A stretch of DNA of 64,000 nt from Octopus bimaculoides (lineage: Eukaryota), in NCBI RefSeq assembly GCF_001194135.2, contig NC_068998.1, forward strand, positions 52,723,068 to 52,787,067, given 5' to 3'. Under the pieces are notes generated by a model that saw nothing but the letters and a program-made list of their open reading frames with translations, was not told where the DNA came from and did not search any database. Made by a program: the position numbers and the translations under genes. The stretch's first letter is position 1. Each line of letters opens with the position of its first letter. Positions 1-13,660 of the stretch are shown one piece after another.

Positions 1-1159
1 ATGCTTTTTGTGATCTGCGATAAACATTCTCTCCGTTTGGATGGACTGCGTGATGCTAGCTAAGATGTATGGATGGTAACTTTGTTTTTTGGTGCAATTT
101 ATTCTGTTTCTGCTCAACTCTTCATTGACAAAAGCTGAATGGTAATATATAATAACTGCCAAAGGCGAATATGAATCTCAATGATGTTATAGAAAATAAG
201 CAGCGCTGCCATATCATAGTGGAACTTTTGTAAAACATAACTGATAATCAAAATCGAACTGCTCGTACATGTGGGGAAAACTGATCGGCTTGAAATTTGG
301 TGCTGTTTGTAATTTAAAGTTCCTTCAAGTTTAATTTTTAAGTAGTCGAGAACAACTAACCAGTGAATCACTTGAAGCTGGGCTGAAACCATGGGATGAC
401 TGGGACATTTATGTAGAGGAGTGGCTCAGAAAGTAGAAACAATATTTAACGAAGAAGCCATGAATTATGAGAACATTTAGTATGATATACACGTACCTAT
501 TTTAATCCAATACAGCTTCTGTTGTGTAAAACATATCTTAAAGTATATTTTTTCCCAACTTTGGATGCTACTTTTATTGTAATAGTATCAATGGATTCTT
601 CGATTGTAAGACTTTTCTGAAAAGTCGGCTAAACATTGAGCTTTCTGATACTGTGAAACTGTCCATATTTATTGGTCATTTATGAAAATGGAAATGATTC
701 CCCAATTTGGATGAAGCTATTAAAATAATGATCGATGCCAGTTTAATTACTTGATGGGAGCGATCTTTCAACGCGTCGAAATTGATTTTATCATATTTGA
801 ACGCTTCAATGAGCCACGAGGGACTGTTCGGAGGATTACAAATTAGCAACTTGTTAATTACTAGTTCGTTGTATTTCAGCAAGGAAGTATCTGTGTAACT
901 GGATGCAGAACAAACATGACAAGGTATTTCATTAAAAGAAGACTATTTTTTGGTTTCTTCACCGAAGTTAACATTCTTTGCCGATGGCTATCCGCGAAGA
1001 ATATGCGCATAATACATACGCTAATAAACACACAACACACCTCTTACTGGGAATAAAAGATCGAAGTAAGAAATGGGATTAGTTACATAAAGGGAAAAGG
1101 GCCGGAAAAAGTGTTTCAAAGGAAGGATAATGAATGTTGAAAGGAAGAAAGTTGAGAAT

Positions 1160-1492
1160 TACGATGGTGGGGCTGAATAGATCATAGGCTGACTATGAAG
1201 GGTTCATGCTACAGGTGTAAAATCTTGCATTCGTTAATTTCAGCCTTTCTAATTAATAACTGCATTGTTTCTCTCCAGGTAAACTGACATCTGACGGTTC
1301 AAAGAAGACTTTAAAAGTAATTAGTAGCGGATTCTATTCAAAATGGATACAATTTGGCATCGTGGTGTTGTCGAGTACCTTCAGAAAAAGGCTTTAGCGC
1401 CCAACGACATTCATGCTGATATGGTTGCTACATTAGGGAATAATGCTCTAGCTTTATCATTCGTGCAAAAGTGGGCAGTTGAATTTTATTGA
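1160..1492 (+). mobile_element. Tc1/mariner transposon 5' remnant (TIR plus truncated transposase N-terminal HTH)
   Basis: TA-CGATGGTGGGGCTGAATAG... TIR-like start at 1160. 1343-1492 reads MDTIWHRGVVEYLQKKALAPNDIHADMVATLGNNALALSFVQKWAVEFY*, matching the mariner pattern R.VI.(F/Y)L...G..P.EIH......G..A.S...V.KW..EF. Confidence 0.75.
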
Positions 1493-2416
1493 AGTTTATG
1501 CAAAGTGACTGATGAGAGATGGAGGGATGGCAGAGCCATTTGGGCCTGCATAAATGGAGCTTGCTCCAGAACTGCCAGTTCCGAGAAGTTGAGGGTCTAG
1601 CAATGGTAGTAAAATAACCAGAATAATTTATCGATTTATGTTTTGGTGAAATATGCGAATTCAATATTTTAGGAGAATGAAGAGGCGGAAAATGTTGAAG
1701 TGTTGATGTTCACGTTTTTCTCAGGAATACCTGCTGTTCAGGAGAAATGGAACGGCTCTACCCGGAGATCTGAAGCCAGGAATTATTGAATTAAACCTAA
1801 CAGACTACATTAAATGTCTGGCATGAATTATCGCTAAAATCATTATAATTTAGTTTTCGGACTATTAACCTCATTTAGCGAAAATGTTAATTGGCAGAAG
1901 ACAGAAATTTTGTAAAGTGGAAGTTCGAATTTTCAATCTAGAGATGAACATTTTAATGAATTAAAATCATACCCATTATGAATTAAAAACAAACAAACAC
2001 AAGTTTAATTATTAATTCTGGTCAAGAGAGTTAAGGGACACAACTCAGAATAATTCAAAATTGAAAAGTGGAAGGCAATGGAGAAGGGATCTAAGTTTTG
2101 GCAAATATAGGGACCAACTTTGACCATATTTTCGTTTTATTACATTTTCAGTAATGCCTTTTCTTATCAGCACTTCCTGCGCAGATCTAGGAGTAGACAA
2201 AAAACGAGATGGGTGGATAATATCTAGAGTCTCAGTTGGTTGTATTTGAGAATCCAACCAATGAGACAGTTGCTGATGTCTACGGTTCATCCTTTTAAAT
2301 AGCTTAGTCACCATTTAACTACAGTTATAATATTATTTGTCATTTGTATGTTATATAAAGTCCATTATTAGCGACAGAAGCAGCACTAGTTCAAAATTAG
2401 CGATAGTTTCCGTCGC

Positions 2417-2457
<41 letters not shown>

Positions 2458-3998
2458 TCCAGTCTAACCAGTCCGACATTAATGACCGTTCAATCACTTT
2501 TCAGCTCTATCAGTTAGCAGCCGATGTTTGCTTGGCATGAGGTGACGTGGACATTTGCAGTTGCTGAAGCAGAAATTTTGATCCAGTAATTCTATCAATT
2601 CTGCTGGGTTCTTCTCCCGATGCTGATATCTCTGCGTTTTTAACAATATAAGTCGATAAGAGATACTTTCTCAAGACGAATTCTGAAGTTTAGAAGGCTT
2701 TTAACATATACACACTTTATGTATACAGATCGCTAATTAAATAAAGTATCTGCCATGCATGCGAATATAAGGGACTCCATTTTTCGGCAGATGGAGAACC
2801 ACAGAAGGTTTCATTGTGTTATTTTGTTAAAACTGGTCTACCAGCCAATGTTTGAAGTTTACGACAAAGAAAATGGATAAATATTTTTAATAACATATTA
2901 GTGAATAATTAACAGCAATCGTAATTAAAGAGAACATCATTTATTTCAACAATAACAACATAAACATAATACTCAACAAAACAATTGAGAAAATTGTAAG
3001 ATATGTAAAGAAATGATTCACAGTTATTCCTAATATTGAAATGAAATGAGCACATCTTATCTAAGATTTAAAAAATAACTGTTTGAAACATTGTCGAACG
3101 ATTCAAGATGTTGAAAAAGAGTTGCTTACATGAAAAGAAAAAAATAATAATAATAAAAAAAAAAATAGAATTGTTACGGTTAAAAAATTTTTCGAACCAG
3201 TTAACCGTTTTCTTGTTTTTTCTAAAACGAAACCGTTATAGTAAAGCAGATTGTTGTTAACCTCCGTAATGGATCTTCAACAAAAAGAAAGAAAAAAATG
3301 TTCGTTTGTTAGAGTTTGAAGAACATTTAGCAAAAATATACAGACTGACAATAATTTAAAACATTATACTGTTTTGACTTTAAAATTATACATAAGTATA
3401 TACATTATTGTCTGCAAGATTTTTACAGTATACTCAGGCTATACAAATATTAGTCAACATACGTGTTTTTGTCATGGGTTGTAAACTATTTGGGGGTAAT
3501 CATTAGAGTACAAGGATACTCAAGAGAATATAGCATTGGTTAGAACCAGTTTATTACCATGGGATAAAGAAAGACAGGGTACGGCGAGAAGAAAGATGCG
3601 ACCATTTCTTTTAAAAATCCAACTTTTTGTTTTTAAACTCTTTGCCTGCCCAAAGCATTTTCGTAGATTTGTCCAAAACCGTCCATGCTTGTTTTCCGAC
3701 TTTTAATTTAGCCTTTGTTTCTTATGTTCTGAGTAATATTAAGCTTTCTTTTCATAAGTCCCAAGTTATACTGGAAGTTAAAAGAATATTGGCATTGTGT
3801 ATCACATATGATGCATGGATACCAGGGAGATATCTCTTGTGTATCGCATGCGATACAAAGGGCAGGCAGAGGTATTATTGTCAGCCATTTTGACTTTAGC
3901 TTCATCGAGTTCGATCAGTCGACAGTCAGCAGTCAATAAAGCTACGAAATAAAAAAAAAACAACAAAAACAACATAAAATATGTAATAATAATAATAA

Positions 3999-4182
3999 TC
4001 TTTTTGCTGAAGGCACAAGGCCTGAAATTTGGCGCAAGGGGACTAGTCGATTACATCGACCCCAGTGCTTAACTGGTACTTAATTTATCAACCCCGAAAG
4101 GATGAAAGGCAAAGTTGACCTCGGCGGAATTTGAACCCAGAACGTAAAGAAGGACGAAATATCGCTATGCATTTCGTCCGCC
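3999..4182 (-). mobile_element. tRNA-derived SINE, family A, 5'-truncated, between (TAA)n tracts
   Basis: B-box GGGTTCAAATTCC on minus; central cctttcatcctttcggggttgataaattaagtaccag; tail ggccttgtgcc. The family recurs about 20 times in the window. Confidence 0.85.
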
Positions 4183-4239
<57 letters not shown>

Positions 4240-5006
4240 TAAAAATGGTTTTATCAATATTTTCAGAATTATTATAAATTTAAGAATATAATTATCAAGT
4301 TTTGAAATTTTAAACCAGTTTGAAAAATAAAGCAAAGAATAATATAAATAAATAGAATGGCGGTGATCCAGCATGGCCACAGTCTTTGGGCTGGAACACA
4401 TAAAGGAATAAAATGAAACCCATTATAACACCGGTGATGGCTAACTGTGTAACCGTAACAATCCTACTAAAGATTTTTTTTTTCTTTTTGAATTGCATGA
4501 AATGTTTAAGTATGGAAACACTTAATGGAAACAATAAAATATAAGACTTCTACGCAATACACGCGCACACACACACGCATGCGCCACACACACACAGAGG
4601 CAGAGTGAGTCTCTAAACCAAAGAGTTGCTGCTTTTCATTGTTTCGAAACGTCTTTCAGTATTGAAAAAAGGGTTTCTGTCCCACATACGACGAGATAAA
4701 GACAACGATATAGGTAAATGGAAATAGGGAGATAGAAAAATAGATAGAGATGTAGATAGGAGATAGAGGGAGGCGGTAAAGGGGAGAGTGTGAGAGAAGG
4801 GTAGAGAAGGAGGGAATAACGGGAACGATGCGTTAATTATTAATGAGAAAATTAGGATTAAGAGAAGACTTTCCAGATTGATACAGATTTCGACGAGCTT
4901 TCATGATTTGATTCCGTGAAATTCTAATTTAAAAATGATAGTTTGGAGATTTTAAGAAAAGATTAGTGACATAATATACTTCAATTAAACAACCTTACAG
5001 AGAATG

Positions 5007-5042
<36 letters not shown>

Positions 5043-6559
5043 NNNNNNNNNNNNNNNNNNNNNNNNNNNNNNNNNNNNNNNNNNNNNNNNNNNNNNNNNN
5101 NNNNNNNNNNNNNNNNNNNNNNNNNNNNNNNNNNNNNNNNNNNNNNNNNNNNNNNNNNNNNNNNNNNNNNNNNNNNNNNNNNNNNNNNNNNNNNNNNNNN
5201 NNNNNNNNNNNNNNNNNNNNNNNNNNNNNNNNNNNNNNNNNNNNNNNNNNNNNNNNNNNNNNNNNNNNNNNNNNNNNNNNNNNNNNNNNNNNNNNNNNNN
5301 NNNNNNNNNNNNNNNNNNNNNNNNNNNNNNNNNNNNNNNNNNNNNNNNNNNNNNNNNNNNNNNNNNNNNNNNNNNNNNNNNNNNNNNNNNNNNNNNNNNN
5401 NNNNNNNNNNNNNNNNNNNNNNNNNNNNNNNNNNNNNNNNNNNNNNNNNNNNNNNNNNNNNNNNNNNNNNNNNTGTGTGTGTGTGTGTGTGTTTGTGTAT
5501 CTATATACGTATATACATGTATTTGTACGTATGTATGTGTGTGTATGTGGAAGTTCTTGTGTGGGTGTGGTGATGTGTGTGTGTATGCTTTGAGATTTTC
5601 TTTTGCTCATGCAATGAACTCGTTTGAAAGAGGAAGAAAAAAAAATCATTTTTTTTTTTTAATGAAAGATTCCAGTTTGCTTTAGAATCATAATTGAAGT
5701 TGTTTTTAAGAAGTTTGGATAATTTCATAATATATAAAATCTTTTTAAAGATAATTTAATGTCTTACTTGAAGTAAAAATAAAAAGAAGGTGTATATAAT
5801 GGAAGTAGACAATAAAGCGATAAAAAAAAGTGTTGTTATTGAAGTGGAGCAAGAACGCAAGAGGAACAGCTATTCTGAGACTTTGGAATTGAGTGGCATT
5901 GAGAATCATTCGAAGAAATCACAGCAAAGCAATTGAGTAGGCTATAAAAGCGATTAAAGAAGTATAAGTTTATTTATGAAGAACAAGAATAGAATACAGG
6001 GCTAAACATTTATGTTGAGAATTCGAAAATACTTCGAAATTCGGTCACATTCATTTATTTTAAGGGATCACAGCAAAGACTCACCCGTAAAGAATCAGTT
6101 TATTCACAAACAGGTTTTGATGAAATCTAGGGAATATATTCGTAAGAGATCCAATATTCTATAATTGGAAATGTGAAATTTGTTGGATCTGAGATTTGCT
6201 TATATGATTTACTCCTTTGCAAGGAATGGTGATGCTCCAGTATGATTGTAGCGGAAACAAGTGGAGACGAAATATTTTTCTACATCGCGTATCACTCTAT
6301 GCTTTGACTAGATGCCTCCTTAAATGATCTCATTGAGTTACTTTTTCATGATAATAACCAGAGTGGAAAGTGCAGCCCCAACAACAACGACGGAAACAGC
6401 ACACCACATAGATCAGGGACTAAGACCAGGGACTTCCTCAACTCTTGCCACAGACTGGACTCCTCTAGGGACACCCAAGGACACTCAAGGGCACTCTACG
6501 ATACCCAAAGATAAGGTGTCGGTGTTAGACCGGGGGACATATTAAGCGTACCGATCGAT

Positions 6560-6815
6560 TGTAGCACGTAAATTGCTTTCAAATCATTTCATAACTTACA
6601 GAGACTTAACTCTATTACAATACTCAAGGACAAATTACCCAAATACGTAGCAGCGGAAAGGACAGAAATGCTTTCTATAAATTTCATATCTAAAGATATT
6701 TCAGCTGCTATCAACCAATGGAATTCTTTGCCAACCAAATATGATTAAGCCATTGTTTGCGATTGCACTGGATACACGAAAACTTAAAGACATGTTGATG
6801 GCAAAACTGTAAATG
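6560..6815 (+). mobile_element. Possible highly degraded CR1/L2/Jockey-group LINE 3' end
   Basis: In-frame AAINQWNSLPTK near 6705-6740 resembles the WNSLP motif at the C-terminus of these LINE ORF2 proteins; this is the only support. Confidence 0.3.
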
Positions 6816-8412
6816 AAATATGAATCATAAACCAAGTTGAACGCAAAGACATTGTGCATAAGGAACTTTTCTTAACGTTTTGATTTTATGTTATCTGAAA
6901 ACCTGAAGATTTTCTGAAGAAACACGCAAAAACCATCCAGAAACAACAATAACGAAATTCTATTAGATATACAAATAAAGGGAGGAAATTAAATATTTTA
7001 CGGTTCTTGTGATATTAGCGATGTTTTGATGAATATTCAACTGTCTTTGACAAAAAAAAAAAAAAATTAAAAAAACACCCCAAACAAAACAAAAACAAAA
7101 AACAAACTTTTGCTTGTTTATTTCAATTAATATTAATGATTGAAAAATGATTGAAATAAAATAAATCTTGTTTGATAAATCCTTGTGGAGGCTTCTATAA
7201 ATTTTAAATTGAACCTATATTTCATGTGTCGGTTAATTTTGAAAAAAAAAANNNNNNNNNNNNNNNNNNNNNNNNNNNNNNNNNNNNNNNNNNNNNNNNN
7301 NNNNNNNNNNNNNNNNNNNNNNNNNNNNNNNNNNNNNNNNNNNNNNNNNNNNNNNNNNNNNNNNNNNNNNNNNNNNNNNNNNNNNNNNNNNNNNNNNNNN
7401 NNNNNNNNNNNNNNNNNNNNNNNNNNNNNNNNNNNNNNNNNNNNNNNNNNNNNNNNNNNNNNNNNNNNNNNNNNNNNNNNNNNNNNNNNNNNNNNNNNNN
7501 NNNNNNNNNNNNNNNNNNNNNNNNNNNNNNNNNNNNNNNNNNNNNNNNNNNNNNNNNNNNNNNNNNNNNNNNNNNNNNNNNNNNNNNNNNNNNNNNNNNN
7601 NNNNNNNNNNNNNNNNNNNNNNNNNNNNNNNNNNNNNNNNNNNNNNNNNNNNNNNNNNNNNNNNNNNNNNNNNNNNNNNNNNNNNNNNNNNNNNNNNNNN
7701 NNNNNNNNNNNNNNNNNNNNNNNNNNNNNGTACATATGGATATATATATATGTATATATATATAGAGACTAAACTTCATGAGTATTTGATTCCGGAGAAC
7801 ATAGACGCAGAAAGTAATCATTGATTGCCTTCACAAAACTCCAGGTGGTGGCCTCTCACCTACGTGGGCGTGGGTTGGTCTTAGTTTTATTTTGAGTTTT
7901 ATTTATATTCTTTTATTTATATTTGTTCATATATATACATACTTACATACACACATTACAAGTTAAGGGTTTATACCTGTAATTATTGAGGCCCTGGGAT
8001 ATGTAACACACTGCATAAATACCAATTTTGAGAAATTAGGCTTCTCAAAATCAGAAAGCAGAAAGCTAATTCGAAGACTACAGGTCCAGTCTATCGCAAG
8101 AAATGTAAAAATCTGTAAAACTTTCAAGAAGTTTATCATTTAAATATAGATGAACTTGTCTAGATATGTAACTATATGCATGAGAATACATACATAAAGC
8201 AAAACATACAAATCTGCACATATACACACATGCAAACATACATAGAAACATACATGTAAAAATACTCTGTGGTTGATGTTGAAAATTCCAATGAAGGAGC
8301 CTTGGATCTAGGTTAGAAACCGATTCTTTCTCTATTGGCAAGAAATCTTGAAATAAACTGAATAATGACACACACACACACACACACACACANNNNNNNN
8401 NNACTGAATAAT

Positions 8413-8472
<60 letters not shown>

Positions 8473-8827
8473 AATCCATTTGCTTATTTGCGTAACTATT
8501 TTTTTATATAAAAATAAACCCCAGTATATTGCATTATGCTCTTGCTCCATTTTGCATTTTAATATATTGTGTTGGAATATATATGCCACACCCAGCATAC
8601 AGCGCGGGACCAAGCTCCCTCAGATTATTACTTGTTCGAATCCCAGCCAAGAGAAGGTGGGAGATCCAGTGAAGGAGTTCCTCGCTTTGAAGGATAAGAA
8701 CTGGAATCAGTTTGGGATCAAAGAACTGGCATGAAAATGGCTTTAGACGGTGCCACACGATGGCCTCTTTTTTGAATGCTAGGCTGCTTTTGTGGTAACT
8801 TGAGGCATAAAGCACGTAAGTTACCAA

Positions 8828-9267
8828 AATCTTCTTTTCTACTATAGGCACATGGCTTTAAATTTCAGAGAAGGGGGTGAATCGATTACATCAACCCCAG
8901 TGATCAAATCGTACTTATTTTATCGTCCCTAAAATGATGAAAAGCACAGTCGACCTTTGAGGAATTTGAACTCAGAACAAAGACGGACGAAAAATCGTCA
9001 AGCATTTCGTCCGGTGTGCTAACGATTCTGCTAGCTCGCTGCCTTAAAGCTACCAGAATATTCTTTTCTACTCTAAGCACAAGGCCTGAAACTTTTTGGG
9101 GAGAGACCAGTCGATTAGATCGACCTCTGTATGCAACTGGTACCTAATTTATCGACCCCGAAAGGATGAAAGGCAAAGTCGACCTCGGTAGAATTTGAAC
9201 TCAGAACGTAAAGACGGACGAAATACCGCAAAGCATTTCGTGTTAACGATTTTGCTAGCTCGCTGCC
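8828..9267 (-). mobile_element. Two tandem family A SINEs (8828-9043, 9060-9267)
   Basis: Each has a head (ggcagcgagctagc), B-box gagttcaaattc, central domain and tail. Confidence 0.85.
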
Positions 9268-9861
9268 TTAAAGTTACCAGAATATTACAAAACACTAGAC
9301 TCAACTCAATAAATATTTACATACGTACATCCCGACATGTGTTTCTAATCTCCCTGTATAACACGCTGTTGTATCTAGGAATGTTTTCAAGCGATAAAAT
9401 AATAGAAATGGTTATTATCATTATTATCATTATCGATTTGTTCTTTCAATTGTTATATACGAATTTCTATTGCACCATTGTGTATATAATCCGTGTTAGT
9501 GAAGTATGTGGTGCATTGCCTTTTGGGAAACGAGAAATTGGATTTTTCTGCTACGTCAGTTTTACTTTCATTTGTTGTTCCTCGTGTTATTTTACTGTTT
9601 TGTCTCGTTATTGTGAAGAATATATGTTACGAGTGCTATGACAGGTTATATTTCGTTTGTGTTACATATGGCTTTAGTATCGGATGGTTTATAACATGGT
9701 GCATGATATCTGTGGCTTGTACGGTTTAGGTTATATTATTGGGTTGCTATTTCATGAATGTTGATCACAGGATTCGTTATACTATTGGCTATCGATCATG
9801 TGGGAGTAAGTGCTGGGTTATTTCATTGGCTGGTGACAGTGGAATGTAATGGGCATTCTCT

Positions 9862-10085
9862 GTCAGTTACGACGACGAGCGTTCTAGTTGATCCGATCAA
9901 CAGAACAGCCTGCTCGTGGAATTAAAGTGCAAGTGGCTGAGTACTCCACGGACATACGTACCCTTAACATAGTTCTCAGGGAGATTCAGCGTGGCACAGA
10001 ATGTGAAAAAGCTGGTCCTTCGAAAAACAGGTAAATTCATTTTTACCAGCTGAGTGAACTGGAGCAACGAAAATAAAATGTCTTG
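9862..10085 (-). mobile_element. SINE-like repeat, family C
   Basis: gttacgacgacgagcgttctagttgatccgatcaacagaacagcctgctcgtg...cccttaacatagttctcagggagattcag, nearly collinear with 58590-58730. Confidence 0.75.
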
Positions 10086-10119
10086 CCCGGCGTGCTAACG
10101 ATTCGGCCACATCACCGCC

Positions 10120-10195
<76 letters not shown>

Positions 10196-10206
10196 TAATA
10201 ATAATG

Positions 10207-10237
<31 letters not shown>

Positions 10238-10311
10238 TAATAATAATGATAATAATAATGATAATAATAATGATAATAATAATAAAAATAATGATGATAA
10301 TAATAATAATA
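10120..10311. repeat. (TAA)n / (TGATAATAATAA)n microsatellite
   Basis: Directly visible. Confidence 0.95.
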
Positions 10312-10335
10312 GTGTGTCTGATTTAGTCAAAAGGC

Positions 10336-10486
10336 TAGTCATTTTGATGGGATTATATTAGTCGATTAAATCGACCTCAGTTCTCAACTGGTACTTATTT
10401 TATCGAACCGGAAGGATGCAAAACGAATTTGACCCCTGCTGGAATTGAACTCAAGAAATAAAGCGCCAGAGCAAAAGCTATGCATT

Positions 10487-10573
<87 letters not shown>

Positions 10574-10705
10574 GTTCAAATTCCACCGAGGTCAGTTTTG
10601 CCTTTCATCCTTTCGGGGTCGATAAATTAAGTACCAGTGAAACAATGAGGTTGATGAAATCGACTTATCCCCTCTCCCGATATTGCTGCCCTTGTGGCAA
10701 AATTA
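10336..10705. mobile_element. Divergently oriented pair of partial family A SINEs (10336-10480 minus, 10575-10705 plus) around (ATC)n(ATT)n
   Basis: gtcgattaaatcgacctcagttctcaactggtac (minus copy) and gttcaaattccaccgaggtc...cctttcatcctttcggggtcgataaattaagtaccag (plus copy). Confidence 0.75.
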
Positions 10706-10747
10706 TCATCATCATCATCATTATTATTATTATTACTATTATTGTTG

Positions 10748-10805
<58 letters not shown>

Positions 10806-11211
10806 GAATTTTGTGATTTGAGCTTTGTGGACGTATCTTTTGTGATGTCGTGTATTTTAGAAAGAAAATATCGGATTATTTTACGATTTGCATATTCATT
10901 ATGTTGTGCGTGTGAGGACCCGTTACATGCAGAGGTGAAGAGTCTTTTGGAATTTTTTTTTCCTGTTTGGAGGAGAAAAAGACTACATCTCAGATAATTC
11001 TTTAAAAAAAAAAGAAGAAAATTTAAAGATGGCATTCACTGGGGCAGTGGAGAAGGGCGCACCAACAGAAGTGGTAGCAACATTTATGTTCCCCAAAGAA
11101 GTTCTACAGATGAAGTACAAAATACATGGAGCAAAACGGAAATAACAATTTTATGGACATATTTGGAACATCTCTGAAGATCATCTCTTCATATGTTTGT
11201 TTTTTTTAAAT

Positions 11212-11590
11212 CTTTTGCTCGTTTCAGTAATTAGACTGCGGCCATGCTGGAGTGCTGCCTTGAAGAATTTTTAATTGAACGAATCGACTCCAGTATACAT
11301 TTTTAAAGCCGTGGACTTGTTCTATCTAACACACCAAAAGACGGTTGTCAAGCAGTGGTGGGAGACAAACATGGACACAGACACATAGACCCATACACAC
11401 AGACACATACGCACGCATACACACACGCACATTCATGTTTATATGATAGGCTTCTTTCAGCCTCCGTCTACCAAATTCACTCACGGTGTTATGGTCGGTC
11501 CGAGGTTGTAGCAGAAGAAGGTGTCACATAGTCGGAATGAACCCAGAACCATGTAGTTGGGAAGCAAACTTCTTACGACAGAGCCACACC
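11212..11590 (-). mobile_element. tRNA-derived SINE, family B (internal CA/TG microsatellite)
   Basis: Family hallmark gactgcggccatgctggag...ggttgtcaagc...ggcttctttcag..tccgtctaccaaattcactcac...gaacccagaaccatg; head on minus. Confidence 0.8.
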
Positions 11591-11668
11591 AGCCAAAATT
11601 TTAATGTCTTTGCAATTATGGCAAGGTAAAATCAATTCTTGGACAGAGATTGGCTCACACAGGAATGA

Positions 11669-11739
<71 letters not shown>

Positions 11740-12554
11740 NNNNNNNNNNNNNNNNNNNNNNNNNNNNNNNNNNNNNNNNNNNNNNNNNNNNNNNNNNNNN
11801 NNNNNNNNNNNNNNNNNNNNNNNNNNNNNNNNNNNNNNNNNNNNNNNNNNNNNNNNNNNNNNNNNNNNNNNNNNNNNNNNNNNNNNNNNNNNNNNNNNNN
11901 NNNNNNNNNNNNNNNNNNNNNNNNNNNNNNNNNNNNNNNNNNNNNNNNNNNNNNNNNNNNNNNNNNNNNNNNNNNNNNNNNNNNNNNNNNNNNNNNNNNN
12001 NNNNNNNNNNNNNNNNNNNNNNNNNNNNNNNNNNNNNNNNNNNNNNNNNNNNNNNNNNNNNNNNNNNNNNNNNNNNNNNNNNNNNNNNNNNNNNNNNNNN
12101 NNNNNNNNNNNNNNNNNNNNNNNNNNNNNNNNNNNNNNNNNNNNNNNNNNNNNNNNNNNNNNNNNNNNNNNNNNNNNNNNNNNNNNNNNNNNNNNNNNNN
12201 NNNNNNNNNNNNNNNNNNNNNNNNNNNNNNNNNNNNNNNNNNNNNNNNNNNNNNNNNNNNNNNNNNNNNNNNNNNNNNNNNNNNNNNNNNNNNNNNNNNN
12301 NNNNNNNNNNNNNNNNNNNNNNNNNNNNNNNNNNNNNNNNNNNNNNNNNNNNNNNNNNNNNNNNNNNNNNNNNNNNNNNNNNNNNNNNNNNNNNNNNNNN
12401 NNNNNNNNNNNNNNNNNNNNNNNNNNNNNNNNNNNNNNNNNNNNNNNNNNNNNNNNNNNNNNNNNNNNNNNNNNNNNNNNNNNNNNNNNNNNNNNNNNNN
12501 NNNNNNNNNNNNNNNNNNNNNNNNNNNNNNNNNNNNNNNNNNNNNNNNNNNNNN

Positions 12555-12701
12555 ACGCAACTGGTACTTAATTTACCGACCCGAAAAGATGAAAGGGAAA
12601 GTCGACCTCGAGGGAATTTGAAATCAGAATGTAAAGACGACGAAATACCGCTAAGCAATTTCGTCCGACGTGCTAACGTTTCTGCCAGCTCACCACCTTT
12701 C

Positions 12702-12759
<58 letters not shown>

Positions 12760-12975
12760 GCAATCCTTTCAACTATAGGCACAAGGCCTGAAATTTTGGG
12801 GGAGGGGGCTAGTCGATTAGACCGAGCCCAGTGTTTCACTGGTACTTAACTTATCGACCCCGAAATAATGAAAAGCAAAGTCGACCTCGGGGGAATTTGA
12901 ATTCAGAGCGTAAAAACGGACGAACTGTCGCTCAGCATTTTGCCCGCCATGGTAACGATTTTGCCAGCTCGCCGC
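12555..12975 (-). mobile_element. Family A SINE dimer joined by (TAA)n
   Basis: Two consecutive family A copies separated by a TAA microsatellite; left end abuts an N gap. Confidence 0.85.
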
Positions 12976-13583
12976 GTTATAGGCCTTGCGACTATATTCG
13001 AAAGAATTATCATGGTTATTATTGCGGTGAACGAACGTGTGTAACGCTGCTGCAGGCCAGAATGGTATTTTCTACGCTTAATTTGGTGGAAAGGAAATAT
13101 TTTAATATTATTTCACGATCAATAAACTTCAGAATTTTCGGGTGTCTACACCATTCCCTTAGGATGAAAAAAATAACGTTTGTCTTTTGAAATATTCTGA
13201 TATTTTATATATGTGTAAACATTATTTGCTGGTAATTTAATATAGATTCCTATTGAGGAACGTGAAGAGGCTCCAAACACTGCAACAGTTATGTATTCAA
13301 GGAAAATACAATCGCTGATTAAAAGTGAAGGCCATCGAAAAGAGCAGAGTGTAGAGAAGTCTGTCTGGTCTTTAAAATCGAGGACGACGAAGTGAAGCGG
13401 AGAACAGAACTGTTGCTGCAATGAATGAAAAGAGGAAACAGCAAGAAGTACGACCAGGGACCTTAATGAAGGCACTGGCCGTTGGCTTGTTACTGCCTCT
13501 GTAGTGCATTACAGACCAGTGAATAGAGTGAAAGAACACACAGCAACGTACCTCATACTTTTCCTACTCCTTCCGTTTTCCCT

Positions 13584-13660
13584 CCCCGTCCTTCCCCGTC
13601 CTTCCCCGTCCTTCCCCGTCCTTCCCGTCCCCCTTCCTACCCCGCCCATCCTCCTCGTGT
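13584..13660. repeat. (CTTCCCCGTC)n 10-mer tandem repeat and C-rich tract bordering a gap
   Basis: About 4-5 units of cttccccgtc; the other side of the gap is also C-rich. Confidence 0.85.

Noticed and set aside
114-882. Short ORFs at the window start and a faint hAT-transposase-like stretch near 150-230
   Set aside because: No recognisable domain; the resemblance needs several assumed frameshifts.
8357-8460. Direct duplication actgaataatga(ca)n on both sides of a 10-N gap
   Set aside because: Overlapping contig ends left unmerged at a microsatellite; assembly artefact.
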